This document shows, one piece after another, positions 49,301 through 64,000 of a stretch of 64,000 nucleotides of DNA. Made by a program: the position numbers and the translations under genes. Origin of the DNA: Eledone cirrhosa. Lineage: Eukaryota. The stretch spans positions 248,620,001 to 248,684,000 of the forward strand of contig OZ024743.1 of NCBI GenBank assembly GCA_964016885.1, written 5' to 3'. Within the stretch, counting starts at the first letter, position 1, and each line of letters begins with the position of its first letter. The notes beneath the pieces are model-generated. The model did not search any database. It was not told the origin of the DNA and was given only the letters and a program-made list of their open reading frames with translations.

Positions 49301-52300
49301 TCACAACTAGCAACATAGACACTATAGTACATACAACACCACAACCACCGACATAGTCACTACAATACATACAACACCACAACTACCAACATAGACACTA
49401 CAGTACATACAACATCACAACTACCAACATAGACACTATAGTACATACAACACCACAACCACCAACATAGACACTACACTACATACAACATCAAAACTAC
49501 CACATAGACACTACAGTACATACAACACCACAACTACCAACATAGACACTACAGTACATACAACATCACAACTACCAACATAGACACTACAGTACATACA
49601 ACACCACAACTACCAACATAGACACTACAGTACATACAACACCACAACTACCAACATAGACACTACAGTACATACAACATCACAACTACCAACATAGACA
49701 CTACAGTACATAAAACATCACAACTACCAACATAGACACTACAGTACATACAACACCACAACTACCAACATAGACACTACAGTACATACATCATCACAAA
49801 TACCAACATAGACACTACAGTACAACATCACAACTACCAACATAGATACTACAGTACATACAACACCACAACTACCAACATAGACACTACAGTACATACA
49901 ACACCACAACTACCAACATAGACACTACAGTACATACAACATCACAACTACCAACATAGACACTACAGTAGATACAACACCACAACTACCAACATAGACA
50001 CTACAGTACATACAACACCGCAACTACCAACATAGACACTACAGTACATACAACACCACAACTACCAACATAGACACTACAGTACAACATCACAACTACC
50101 AGCATAGACACTACAGTACAATATCACAACTACCAACATAAACACTACAGTACATACAACACCACAACTACCAACATAGACACTACAGTACATACAACAC
50201 CGCAACTACTAACATAGACACTACAGTACATACATCACCACAACTACCAACATAGACACTACAGTACATACAACACCACAACTACCAACATAGACACTAC
50301 AGTACATACAACACCACAACTACCAACATAGACACTACAGTACATACAACATCACAACTACCAACATAGACACTACAGTACATACAACATCACAACTACC
50401 AACATAGACACTACAGTACATATAACACCACAACTACCAACATAGACACTACAGTACATACAACACCACAACTACCAACATAGACACTTTAGTACATACA
50501 ATACCACAACTACCAACATAGACACTACAGTACATACAACACCGCAACTACTAACATAGACACTACAGTACATACATCACCACAACTACCAACATAGACA
50601 CTACAGTACATACATCACAACTACCAACATAGACACTACAGTACAACATCACAACTACCAACATAGACACTACAGTACATACAACACCACAACTACCAAC
50701 ATAGACACTACAGTACATACAACACCACAACTACCAACATAGACACTACAGTACATACAACATCACAACTACCAACATAGACACTACAGTACATACAACA
50801 CCACAACTACCAACATAGACACTACAGTACATAGATCATCACAACTACCAACATAGACACTACAGTACATACAACACCACAACTACCAACATAGGCACTA
50901 CAGTACACACAACAACACAACTACCAACATAAAGACTACAGTACACACAACAACACAACTACCAACATAAAGACTACAGTACATACAACATCACAACCAC
51001 CAACATAGACACTACAGTACGTACAACATCACAACTACCAACATAGACACTACAGTACAACATCACAACTACCAGCATAGACACTACAGTACATACAACA
51101 CCACAACTACCAACATAGGCTTTACTGTACAATACATCCAACAACACCACAACCCCCAACATAGATACTACAGTACATACAACCAACAACAGCATTAAAT
51201 CACCAACATAGATACTGCAAAACATATATTCAATTAAATTATCATTGATGCCTCGAAAACAATATCCCACAAGGCAACACAAAAAACTACAGTACATACA
51301 TCACCACAACTACCAACATAGACACTACAGTACATACAACACCACAACTACCAACATAGACACTACAGTACATACAACACCACAACTACCAACATAGACA
51401 CTACAGTACATACAACACCACAACAACCAACATAGACACTACAGTACATACAACATCACAACCACCAACATAGACACTACAGTACATACATCACAACTAC
51501 CAACATAGACACTACAGTACATACAACATCACAACTACCAACATAGACACTACAGTACATGCAACATTACAACTACCAACATAGACACTACAGTACATAC
51601 AACATCACAACTACCAACATAGACACTACAGTACAACATCACAACTACCACCATAGACACCACAACTACCAACATAGACACTACAGTACATACAACACCA
51701 CTACTACCAACATAGACACTACAGTACATACAACACCACAACTACCAACATAGACATTACAGTACATACAACATCACAACTACCAACATAGACACTACAG
51801 TACATACAACACCACAACTACCAACATAAAGACTACAGTACACACAACAACACAACTACCAACATAAAGACTACAATACATACAACACCACAACTACCAA
51901 CATAGACACTACAGTACATACAACATCACAACCACCAACATAGACACTACAGTACACACAACAACACAACTACCAACATAAAGACTACAGTACACACAAC
52001 AACACAACTACCAACATAAAGACTACAATACATACAACACCACAACTACCAACATAGACACTACAGTACATACAACATCACAACCACCAACATAGACACT
52101 ACACTACATACAACATCACAACTACCAACATAGACACTACAGTACAATATCACAACTACCAACATAGACATTACAGTACATACAACACCACAACTACCAA
52201 CATAGACACTACAGTACATACAACACCACAACCACTAACATAGACACTACAGTACATACAACACCACAACTACCAACATAGACACTACAGTACATACAAC

Positions 52301-55300
52301 ACCACAACTACCAACATAGACACTACAGTACATACAACACCACAACAACCAACATAGACACTAGAGTACATACAACATCACAACCACCAACATAGACACT
52401 ACGGTACATACAACATCACAACTACCAACATATTCACTACAATACAATACCAGAACTACCATCATAGACACTACAGTACATACAACACCACAACCACCAA
52501 CATAGACACTACAGTACATACATCACCACAACTACCAACATAGACACTACAGTACATACAACATCACAACTACCAACATAGACACTACAGTACAACATCA
52601 CAACTACCAGCATAGACACTACAGTACAATATCACAACTACCAACATAAACACTACAGTACATACAACACCACAACTACCAACATAGACACTACAGTACA
52701 TACAACACCACAACCACTAACATAGACACTACAGTACATACAACACCACAACTACCAACATAGACACTACAGTACATACAACATCACAACCACCAACATA
52801 GACACTACAGTACATACAACATCACAACTACCAATATAGACACTACAGTACAACACCACAACTACCAACATAGACACTACAATACATACAACACCATAAC
52901 TACCAACATAGACACTACAGTACATACAACACCACAACTACCAACATAGACACTACAGTACATACAACACCACAACTACCAACATAGACACTACAGTACA
53001 CACAACAACACAACTACCAACATAAAGACTACAGTACACACAACAACACAACTACCAACATAAAGACTACAGTACACACAACAACACAACTACCAACATA
53101 AAGACTACAATACATACAACACCACAACTACCAACATAGACACTACAGTACATACAACATCACAACCACCAACATAGACAGTACACTACATACAACATCA
53201 CAACTACCAACATAGACACTACAGTACAATATCACAACTACCAACATAGACATTACAGTACATACAACACCACAACTACCAACATAGACACTACAATACA
53301 TACAACATCACAACTACCAACATAGACACTACAGTACATACAACACCACAACTACTAACATAGACACTACAATACATACAACACCACAACTACCAACATA
53401 GACACTACAATACATACAACACCACAACAACCAACATAGACACTAGAGTACATACAACATCACAACCACCAACATAGACACTACAGTACATACAACATCA
53501 CAACTACCACTATAGACACTACTGTAAATACAACACCACAACTACCAAGATAGACACTACAGTACATACAACACCACAACTACCAACATAGACACTACAG
53601 TACACTACAGTACATACAACATCACAACTACCAACATAGACACTACAGTACATACAACACCACATACCAACATGGACACTACAGTACATACAACATCACA
53701 ACTACCAAATAGACACTACAGTAAATACAACACCACAACTACCAACATAGACACTACAGTCCATACAACATCACAACTACCAACATAGACACTATAGTAC
53801 ATACAACACCACAACCACCAACATAGACACTACAATACATACAACACCACAACAACCAACATAGACACTAGAGTACATACAACATCACAACCACCAACAT
53901 AGACACTACAGTACATACAACATCACAACTACCAACATATTCACTACAATACAATACCAGAACTACCATCATAGACACTACAGTACATACAACACCACAA
54001 CCACCAACATAGACACTACAGTACATACATCACAACAACTACCAACATAGACACTACAGTACATACAACATCACAACTACCAACATAGACACTACAGTAC
54101 AACATCACAACTACCAGCATAGACACTACAGTACAATATCACAACTACCAAAATAAACACTACAGTACATACAACACCACAACTACCAACATAGACACTA
54201 CAGTACATACAACACCACAACCACTAACATAGACACTACAGTACATACAACACCACAACTACCAACATAGACACTACAGTACATACAACACCACAACTAC
54301 CAACATAGACACTACAGTACATACAACATCACAACCACCAACATAGACACTACAGTACATACAACATCACAACTACCAATATAGACACTACAGTACAACA
54401 CCAAAACTACCAACATAGACACTACAATACATACAACACCACAACTACCAACATAGACACTACAGTACATACAACACCACAACTACCAACATAGACACTA
54501 CAGTACATACAACACCACAACTACCAACATAGACACTACAGTACACACAACAACACAACTACCAACATAAAGACTACAGTACACACAACAACACAACTAC
54601 CAACATAAAGACTACAGTACACACAACAACACAACTACCAACATAAAGACTACAATACATACAACACCACAACTACCAACATAGACACTACAGTACATAC
54701 AACATCACAACCACCAACATAGACAGTACACTACATACAACATCACAACTACCAACATAGACACTACAGTACAATATCACAACTACCAACATAGACATTA
54801 CAGTACATACAACACCACAACTACCAACATAGACACTACAATACATACAACATCACAACTACCAACATAGACACTACAGTACATACAACACCACAACTAC
54901 TAACATAGACACTACAATACATACAACACCACAACTACCAACATAGACACTACAATACATACAACACCACAACTACCAACATAGACACTACAGTACATAC
55001 AACACCACAACTACTAACATAGACACTACAGTACATACAACACCACAACTACCAACATAGACACTACAGTACATACAACATCACAACTACCAACATAGAC
55101 GCTACAGTAGATATAACACCACAACTACCAACATAGACACTACAGTACATACAACACCACAACTACCAACATAGACACTACAGTACACACAACAACACAA
55201 CTACCAACATAAAGACTACAGTACATACAACATCACAACCACCAACATAGACACTACAGTACATACAACATCACAACTACCAACATAGACACTACAGTAC

Positions 55301-58058
55301 AACATCACAACTACCAACATAGACACTACAGTACAACATCACAACTACCAACATAGACACTACAGTACAATATCACAACTACCAACATAGACACTACAGT
55401 ACATACAACACCACAACTACCAACATAGACACTACAGTACAACATCACAACTACTAACATAGACACTACAGTACATACAACAACACAACTACCAACATAG
55501 ACACTACAGTACATACAACAGCACAACCACCAACATAGACACTACAGTACATACAACACCGCAACTACCAACATAGACACTACAGTACATACAACAACAC
55601 AACTACCAACATAGACACTACAGTACATACAACAGCACAACTACCAACATAGACACTACAGTACATACATCACAACTACCAACATAGACACTACAGTACA
55701 TACAACAACACAACTACCAACATAGACACTACTGTACATACAACAGCACAACTACCAACATAGACACTACAGTACATACAACACCGCAACTACAAACATA
55801 GACACTACAGTACATACAACATCACAACTACCAACGTAGACACTATAGTACATACAACACCACAACTACCAACATAGACACCACAGTACATACAACACCA
55901 CAACTACCAACATAGACACTACAGTACATACAACATCACAACTACCAACATAGACACTACAGTACATACAACACCACAACTACCAACATACACACTACAG
56001 TACATACAACATCACAACTACCAACATAGACACTACAGTATATACAACACCACAACTACCAACATAGACACTACAGTACATACAACACCACAATTACCAA
56101 CGTAGACACTACAGTACATACAACATCACAACTACCAACATAGACACTACAGTACATACACCATCACAACTACCAACATAGACACTACAGTACATACAAC
56201 ACCACAACTACCAACATAGACACTACAGTACATACAACATCACAACTACCAACATAGACACTACAGTACATACAACATCACAACTACCAACATAGACACT
56301 ACAGTACATACATCACAACTACCAACATAGACACTACAGTACATACAACATCACAACCACCAACATAGACACTACAGTACATACAACATCACAACTACCA
56401 CTATAGACACTACTGTAAATACAACACCACAACTACCAAGATAGACACTACAGTACATACAACACCACAACTACCAACATAGACACTACAGTACACTACA
56501 GTACATACAACATCACAACTACCAACATAGACACTACAGTACATACAACACCACATACCAACATGGACACTACAGTACATACAACATCACAACTACCAAA
56601 TAGACACTACAGTAAATACAACACCACAACTACCAACATAGACACTACAGTCCATACAACATCACAACTACCAACATAGACACTATAGTACATACAACAC
56701 CACAACCACCAACATAGACACTACAATACATACAACACCACAACTACCAACATAGACACTACAGTACATACAACACACAGACCACCAACATAGACACTAC
56801 AGTACATACAACACCACAACCACCAACATAGACACTACAATACATACAACACCACAACTACCAACATAGACACTACAGTACATACAACACCACAACTACC
56901 AACATAGACACTATAGTACATACAACACCACAACTACCAAGATAGACACTACAGTACATAGATCATCACAACTACCAACATAGACACTACAGTACATACA
57001 ACATCACAACTACCAACATAGACACTATAGTACATACAACACCACAACTACGAAGATAGACACTACAGTACAACATCACAACTACCAACATAGACACTAC
57101 AGTACATACAACAACACAACTACCAACATAGACACTACAGTACATACAACACCACAACTACCAACATAGACACTACAGTACATACAACATCACAACTACC
57201 AACATAGACACTACAGTACATACAACACCACAACTACCAACATAGACACTACAGTACATACAACATCACAACTACCAACATAGACACTACAGTACAACAT
57301 CACAACTACCAACATAGACACTACAGTACACACAACACCACAACTACCAACATAGACACTACAGTACATACAACATCACAACTACCAACATAGACACTAC
57401 AGTAAATACAACACCACAACTACCAACATAGACACTACAGTACATACAACATCACAACTACCAACATAGACACTACAGTACAACATCACAACTACCAACA
57501 TAGACACTACAGTACACACAACACCACAACTACCAACATAGACACTACAGTACATCACAACTACCAACATAGACACTACAGTACATACAACATCACAACT
57601 ACCAACATAGACACTACAGTACATACAACATCACAACTACCAACATAGACACTACAGTACATACAACACCTCAATTACCAACATAGGCTTTACAGTACAT
57701 ACAACACCACAACTACCAACATAGACACTACAGTACATACAACAGCACAACTACCAACATAGACACTACAGTACATACAACATCACCACTACCAACATAG
57801 ACACTACAGTACATACAACACCTCAACTACCAACATAGACACTACAGTACATACAACAACACAACTACCGATATAGACACTACAGTACATACATCACAAC
57901 TATCAACATAAACACTACAGTACATACAACACCACAACTACCAACATAGGCTTTACAGTACAATACATCCAACAACACCACAATCCCCAACATAGATACT
58001 ACAGTACATACAACCAACAACAGCATTAAATCACCAACATAGATACTGCAAAACATAT
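43391..58058. repeat. 38-bp satellite array (about 14.7 kb; roughly 380-390 units from length/period)
   Basis: Consensus CATAGACACTACAGTACATACAACA(C/T)CACAACTACCAA. A 34-bp variant lacking one TACA recurs. Confidence 0.98.
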
Positions 58059-59254
58059 ATTCAATTAAATTATCATTGATGCCTCGAAAACGATATCCCA
58101 CAAGGCAACACAAAAATTATAGTGCATTAGAAATAGACAGTTGCATCAAAACTGACATCATATACAACACACCAATGCAACTCACAACATAAATAAATCT
58201 CAGCACTGAAACAACAAAAATATAAACCATAGAAAAACGTTTGTTTTTTAACTGGGAAATATTTGTATTCAAAATAAACTATAAAAGAGAAGATAAAATA
58301 CTATTAACATTATCATCATCATCATCATCATGAACATTACTATCACAATCATCAACAGTAACATTAACATCATCATCACAGTCATAATCTCTCATCATCA
58401 ACAACAATCACACCGCAATGCATTTCACAATAACAACTTCAAATAATATAGCCAGTCACCAACTCCAAAAATAACTATTTTAACAAATATTTCACAAAAA
58501 TCAGTCACAAAAAAAACAAAAAAACACACACACAAAACAAAAGATAATAATTTTCTTGCAAGTCTATGACTTTTACTCTTTTCTTCCCCCAGATACCCAA
58601 AATTCTATAGGGAAATCTGAAAACTCTAAATGCTTCGGGGAGAGATAAAATGCCAAGCATACATCTAAAACACCTAAGGGTCTGAAGGAATCATTCTACA
58701 ACAAATCTAAAAAAAACACTACAACCATCACTCATGAATATGACTTAATAGTATGCACCATGCTTTCACTCAAGGTTTTTGGTGCCCATGCAGTCACTAG
58801 CAGATAAAGACACTGTCTTGTTCCTCCTTCCTTTAATTCAACAGAACAACCAGGATGTATTTTCTTTATTGACCCTGAAATGATGAAATGTAAAGTGGAC
58901 CTTGATAGGATTAGAACTCAGAACACAGAGAACCAGAATAACTATCCAATGCACTGTCAACTCTGCCAAATTGACCTTCTTATAACAAGTATAAAGTTCC
59001 TAGAATCTAGAAGCTGAGCAAAACTTTACAATTATAAACTCCAACAAAATCCTAAGCAATATCAGACAGACCCATCACCTCCTATGTATGGACCCATATG
59101 GCAGGTCTTTGGGATTTTAAATCTGTTACACACTCTATATTTATACAGATATAACTTTATCATAGACTTCAGCTGCTAACACACCTATTACTATATAACT
59201 TAATTAATTACCAATATGAGCACTAATTATATGCAAATTAGTATGTCCATTTCA

Positions 59255-59400
59255 GAATAATGTTAAGAGTCAATGGGTATATATACTCATCAAACACGTT
59301 TCCTTGATTGGATGATATACACGCCTTCTGATGAGTGTCCAATAAGATCTAAAAATGTATTAAAGATGTTTATCAGGGAAATTCGTATTTTCTGGCATGT
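59255..59400 (+). pseudogene. Possible Penelope-like element 3' relic
   Basis: ESMGIYTHQTRFLDWM resembles the PLE terminal ExxWIxxLxTxxPxGLN motif and is followed by CTGATGAG. Flanked by a direct repeat at 59124-59163 / 59457-59493. Confidence 0.35.
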
Positions 59401-60449
59401 TTACATGCCTCCATATTACATATATGTATATATTTATATATTTTGGTGCAGTCATGGTTACACACTGTATTTACACAGATATAACTTTATCATGTATATA
59501 TGTTTATGTATATATTCATATATACATATATAAATTTTGCATATACATGTAAAAAAGGAATCAATGAACAAAATCCAAGACTTCATTTGCTTACCAAGTG
59601 GGGAAAGCAGTTGTTAAATGATGATGATGATGATGTGGCTGCCTGTGTATGTCTGTGAATGTAAAACATCTCACTATTTCACCGTTCTTCTTTCCTTTGC
59701 TTTATATTCACTGGCATAAACTTCTAAGTATATCATCATTTGATAAGATTAAACAGCTTTCAAAAATTTGCAAGATTTCACAATAACATTGGAATTATTT
59801 AGTCTATTTTAGTCATATCGATATAATGTTAGTGTCTGTCATTTTTGTAATGGCATTGATAGAATACATTGTTATATTATTTAACAAGTATTGATAGTGT
59901 CAGACATTTTTAGGCATAGAGTTGTGTCTCTTTACGTTCTGGGTTCAAATCCCTGAGGTTAACTTTACCTTTCATCCTTATGGGGTTGATAACACAGGTT
60001 AACTGATTGAATGCATTTAGTTGTGACTGTTTCATCTTTTTGTATACCTAGGACTACCTTGTCCTTCCTTTTTTAAGATGATATGGTGTGATTTTGTTGC
60101 TATTTCAAGTCATTAATCCCAATGAGTGACATCAAATATTAGTGGGTATGCAGTGATGTAGTGATTTCAGATTACCGCTGCATCATATTACTAGCAACAA
60201 CTTAAATTTGTGTTTAGTTTCCCAGGAGGTAAACAATTTTAAATTATGACTAGCGATAGCTTAAAGATAATTTCATTTTATCTTTTATGATTTCAGATTA
60301 CTCTCAATGCTTAAAATATAAAATTCCGAAGTGTATTATTTTTAGCTGGGGAGAATATAATAAGAATGTTAGAGGGTTTAAAAAACCCAACACTTAATGA
60401 CTTGTCTTCATTTTTTCACATTTTGAGCCGAGCCTAAATTCTTTAAAAA

Positions 60450-61075
60450 AAAAAAATGAAATTATTGTGTACAGAGCTCAGGTGCACTACAACTCATCAA
60501 AGATGCATGTATAGTACACAGAATAATGTACAAATGTCAGGAAAGTGAACAGTACACGAGTCATAATATACATGTGTGTGTGTGTATATGGAGGGGGAAT
60601 ATCAGGTGTAATGTTGGCGAATTTCAGGAAGCATGGAGGTTTTAAAGGAAGCAGTGTCTCGGCAGCTAACAACTGATGCAGGTAGTTTGTTCCATGCTTC
60701 AGCAACTCTGAGCGTGAAAAAATGTTTCCGAAAGTCATGGGAGCTGTGCTGTTTTCTGACTTTGTAGGCATGTTCACATGTGTTAGACACAAGGAATTAA
60801 AAAAGGTGCTCAGGGTTGTTGTTGGCGAGATGGTTAATAATTTTGTTGGGGTTTACCAAGTCAGTTGCCAGACGTCTGAGCTTCAATGTATCCATGCCCA
60901 GAGAAGCAAGGCGTTCAGAGTATGGTAGATGCCTGATAGAGGGTATTCGCTTGGCTGCACGTCTCTGAACAGTTTCCAGGAGGTCAATGTTCTGAGCAAG
61001 GTAGGGGTTCCAGACTGGTGATGTAAATTCTAAGTGTGGCCACACCATAGCTATATACAGCTTTAAATAGATAGC
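60450..61075 (-). mobile_element. CR1-clade LINE, 5'-truncated
   Basis: LYIAMVWPHLEFTSPVWNPY..LETVQRRAAKRI..LPYSERL..TLKLRR and RKHFFTLRVAEAWNKLPASVV..FK, followed by a 3' UTR. Confidence 0.88.
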
Positions 61076-61164
61076 TTGTATATTTGTGCTGCTTTATACA
61101 ATAAACACATTATGAGTTTCAAGCATTAGACTTTATCATTGCAGCTAAATCAGAGAAGGAGATA

Positions 61165-61340
61165 ATCATCATAATCATCGTCATCATTTTATATCCATTT
61201 TCCATGCTGGCATGTATTGGAAGAGTTGTCACGGTGTGAGACAGGATAGGTTGACTAACTATACTTTGCTCATATGTTTCTATAGCTGGATGCCCAGCCT
61301 AATACCAGCCACTTTATAAAGTTTACTACGTCCATTTTAT
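61165..61340 (-). mobile_element. Degenerate RTE 3'-UTR element
   Basis: CATCGTCATCAT tail, CCATGCTGGCATG stem-loop remnant and TATAGCTGGATGCCC core. Confidence 0.6.
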
Positions 61341-61715
61341 GAACAGTAATTTGAAATTGAGTTCAAGCTACTGTTGGAGATAATGTGAAAGCCACTTCAG
61401 ATTACTGGGATGAAACTTAAAATGAGAAGCTGCTTGAAGTCTACACTGAGTAGGCCAAATCCACAAGATGGTTTTAATTTCTGTTTCTAGTGTTGACATT
61501 GCTAACAACTTTAGAAAAAGCTTGAATACTACCAAAATATTTTACTCTGCACACTACTACATAATACGTGGTTGCTCACCTTGTTAGAAATAACAATCAA
61601 ATCTCCCCTACTGTCTTCAGTGAAAAAAAGAAACATTAGATAATGTAGTTTTGCTTACAAAAAAATAAATTTATATATAAATTTGAGCGACTTCCGTCTG
61701 TCCATCCGTCCTTCT

Positions 61716-62761
61716 GTCACACACTAGAGATGACTGAGGAAAGAAGGGGTGATGACGTCACACACTAGAGATGACTGAGGAAGAAAGGGGTGATAACGTC
61801 ACACACTAGAGATGATTGAGGAAGAAAGGGGTGATAACGTCACACACTAGAGATGATTGAGGAAAGAAGGGGTGATGACGTCACACACTAGAGATGATTG
61901 AGGAAGAAAGGGGTGATAACGTCACACACTAGAGATGACTGAGGAAGAAAGGGGTGATAACGTCACACACTAGAGATGATTGAGGAAAGAAGGGGTGATG
62001 ACGTCACACACTAGAGATGATTGAGGAAGGAAGGGGTGATGACGTCACACACTAGAGATGATTGAGGAAGGAAGGGGTGATAACGTCACACACTAGAGAT
62101 GACTGAGGAAAGAAGGGGTGATAACGTCACACACTAGAGATGATTGAGGAAAGAAGGGGTGATGACGTCACACACTAGAGATGAAGGAAGGGGTGATGAC
62201 ATCACACACTAGAGATGAAGGAAAGGGTGATGACGTCACACACTAGAGATGATTGAGGGGGGAAAGGGGAGATGACGTCACACACTAGAGATGACTGAGG
62301 AAAGAAGGGGTGATGACATCACACACTAGAGATGATTGAGGAAGGGGTGATGACGTCACACACTAGAGATGATTGAGGAAAGAAGGGGTGATGACGTCAC
62401 ACACTAGGGATGAAGGAAAGGGTGATGACGTCACACACTAGAGATGACTGAGGAAAGAAGGGGTGATGACATCACACACTAGAGATGATTGAGGAAGAAA
62501 GGGGTGATAACGTCACACACTAGAGATGATTGAGGAAAGAAGGGGTGATGACGTCACACACTAGAGATGATTGAGGAAGGGGTGATGACGTCACACACTA
62601 GAGATGAAGGAAAGGGTGATGACGTCACACACTAGAGATGATTGAGGAAGGAAGGGGTGATGATGTCACACACTAGAGATGAAGGAAAGGGTGATGACTG
62701 AGGAAGGAACAGGTGATGATGTCAGACTCTAGAGATGACTGAGTAAGGAAGGGGTGATGAC
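61716..62761. repeat. 41-bp minisatellite (about 25 units, several shortened)
   Basis: Consensus GTCACACACTAGAGATGA(C/T)TGAGGAAAGAAGGGGTGAT(G/A)AC. Confidence 0.97.
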
Positions 62762-63019
62762 AAACTACAGAAAACAACATCTAACATATATGTCAGTGAG
62801 TATGTATTTTTGTAAGTCTGTCTGTGTTTGTGCATTTATAAGATACTCATACACACATCAGCGTGTTGCAAAAAATTCTAGTAAATAAAAAAAGACAAAA
62901 TGTTCAGGATCGGAATGCCTCTAATCATAAATCTGCTTGATCATGGCTAACTTTTGGTTAAAAAACATCAATTCTGTATCATATCTAATACCAACAATAT
63001 CATTAATGAATACATTATA

Positions 63020-63278
63020 AAGTGGTTGTGTTGATGTCATGACAAAAAGCACCCAGTCCACACTGCAAAGTGCTCGTTTTGGTGTCATGATAAAAGGCAC
63101 CCAGTCCACACTGTAAATGTGGTTAGCATTAGGAAGAGCATCCAGCTGTAGAAACCAAGCCAGAAACAGTTCTGTATGAGCAAGACACAATGATCTGATC
63201 TGACTTGTCTCACAATGGAACAACCCATCTAATTCATGCTAGCGTGAAAAATGGACATTAAATGGTGATGATGATGAT
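63020..63278 (+). mobile_element. RTE 3'-UTR element
   Basis: CACCCAGTCCACACTG twice, GGAAGAGCATCCAGCTGTAGAAACC, TCATGCTAGCGTGA stem-loop and (GAT)n tail. Confidence 0.8.
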
Positions 63279-63719
63279 AAGTACAGGTTACAAATCGTGA
63301 AGCACTTGATACTGGTCAAAAATAATTTCTATTATAAAATATGAAACATAGTAGTGAGTGTAGTACATCAAAGGTACCAGTCCCTGTTGGATTATTTCAC
63401 ATCACTTTAGTTGTTAACACCATTGCAAAATCATGAGTGTCAAATAATTTCATTTGGCTTACTTTCATAAACATTGTGTCTATGTGAAAAATCCATATAA
63501 GATTACCACTAACAAGATCGATTACTAATAGACCTCATTTGATGATGATGATAACAATGATCATCATCACCACCACCACTATCATAGACCAAGTCAGTCC
63601 TCAAGCAGAGGTACTGACCTCTCAGATGTGCTGGGGGCTTACATCTAATGATATACATTCCTGCACTCTACTGAGTGCTCAGACAAGGTAAAATAAAAAG
63701 ATTAAATAGATCACAGTCA

Positions 63720-63980
63720 GTTTCAATGACAAAACAGACTGACCTACTACTGAAATTAACATGTAAGTGGCTGATTGTTCCAGAGATATGTGTACCAGTA
63801 ATTTAATTCTCAAGGCTGGCCCTTTGAATTACAGGTACAATTCATTTTTGCTAGCTGAGTGGATGAGGGCAACATGAGATAAAGTACCTTATTCAAGGAC
63901 CCAATGCATAGCCGGGAATTAGATTCATGATCTTATGATTGTGAGCCAAACACCCTAACCACTAAGCCATATACCTTCAC
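63720..63980 (-). mobile_element. SINE family A
   Basis: CCCTAACCACTAAGCCA (reverse-complement A box) and a body shared with 27995-28325. Confidence 0.72.
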
Positions 63981-64000
63981 ATCAGAACTATAGGAAATCA

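Noticed and set aside
43391-58058. CRISPR-like array, or Val/Cys-rich ORFs in the 38-bp repeat
   Set aside because: Units are head-to-tail with no unique spacers and no cas genes. The ORFs are frame-cycling by-products of a period not divisible by three.

Overview
AT-rich, repeat-dominated animal genomic DNA. The SINE families and (GAT)n-tailed RTE LINEs suggest an octopus/coleoid cephalopod, which is an inference. No intact host gene is evident. Positions 1-14.7 kb hold a cluster of RTE-clade LINEs: the 3' half of a young copy (1-2059), an old 5'-truncated copy of a sister subfamily (8230-10561), and an apparently full-length young copy (about 10562-14679) whose APE-RT frame is broken only by one extra A in an A8 run. 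These LINEs carry a C4-H-C3 PHD-type finger inserted in the RT C-terminal region and share a 3'-terminal stem-loop. Three nested junctions suggest they insert into GATGAT tracts, including their own tails. The middle of the window contains tRNA-derived SINEs, R4/Dong-like, CR1 and RTE relics, a Helitron 3' end, Tigger- and hAT-type elements, two divergently oriented Penelope-type hammerhead ribozymes (about 32.9-33.2 kb) and several exon-like segments of a possibly decayed minus-strand gene. Positions 43.4-58.1 kb are a 38-bp satellite with higher-order duplications and an internal copy of its own right boundary. Positions 61.7-62.8 kb are a 41-bp minisatellite containing 13 perfect CRE palindromes.
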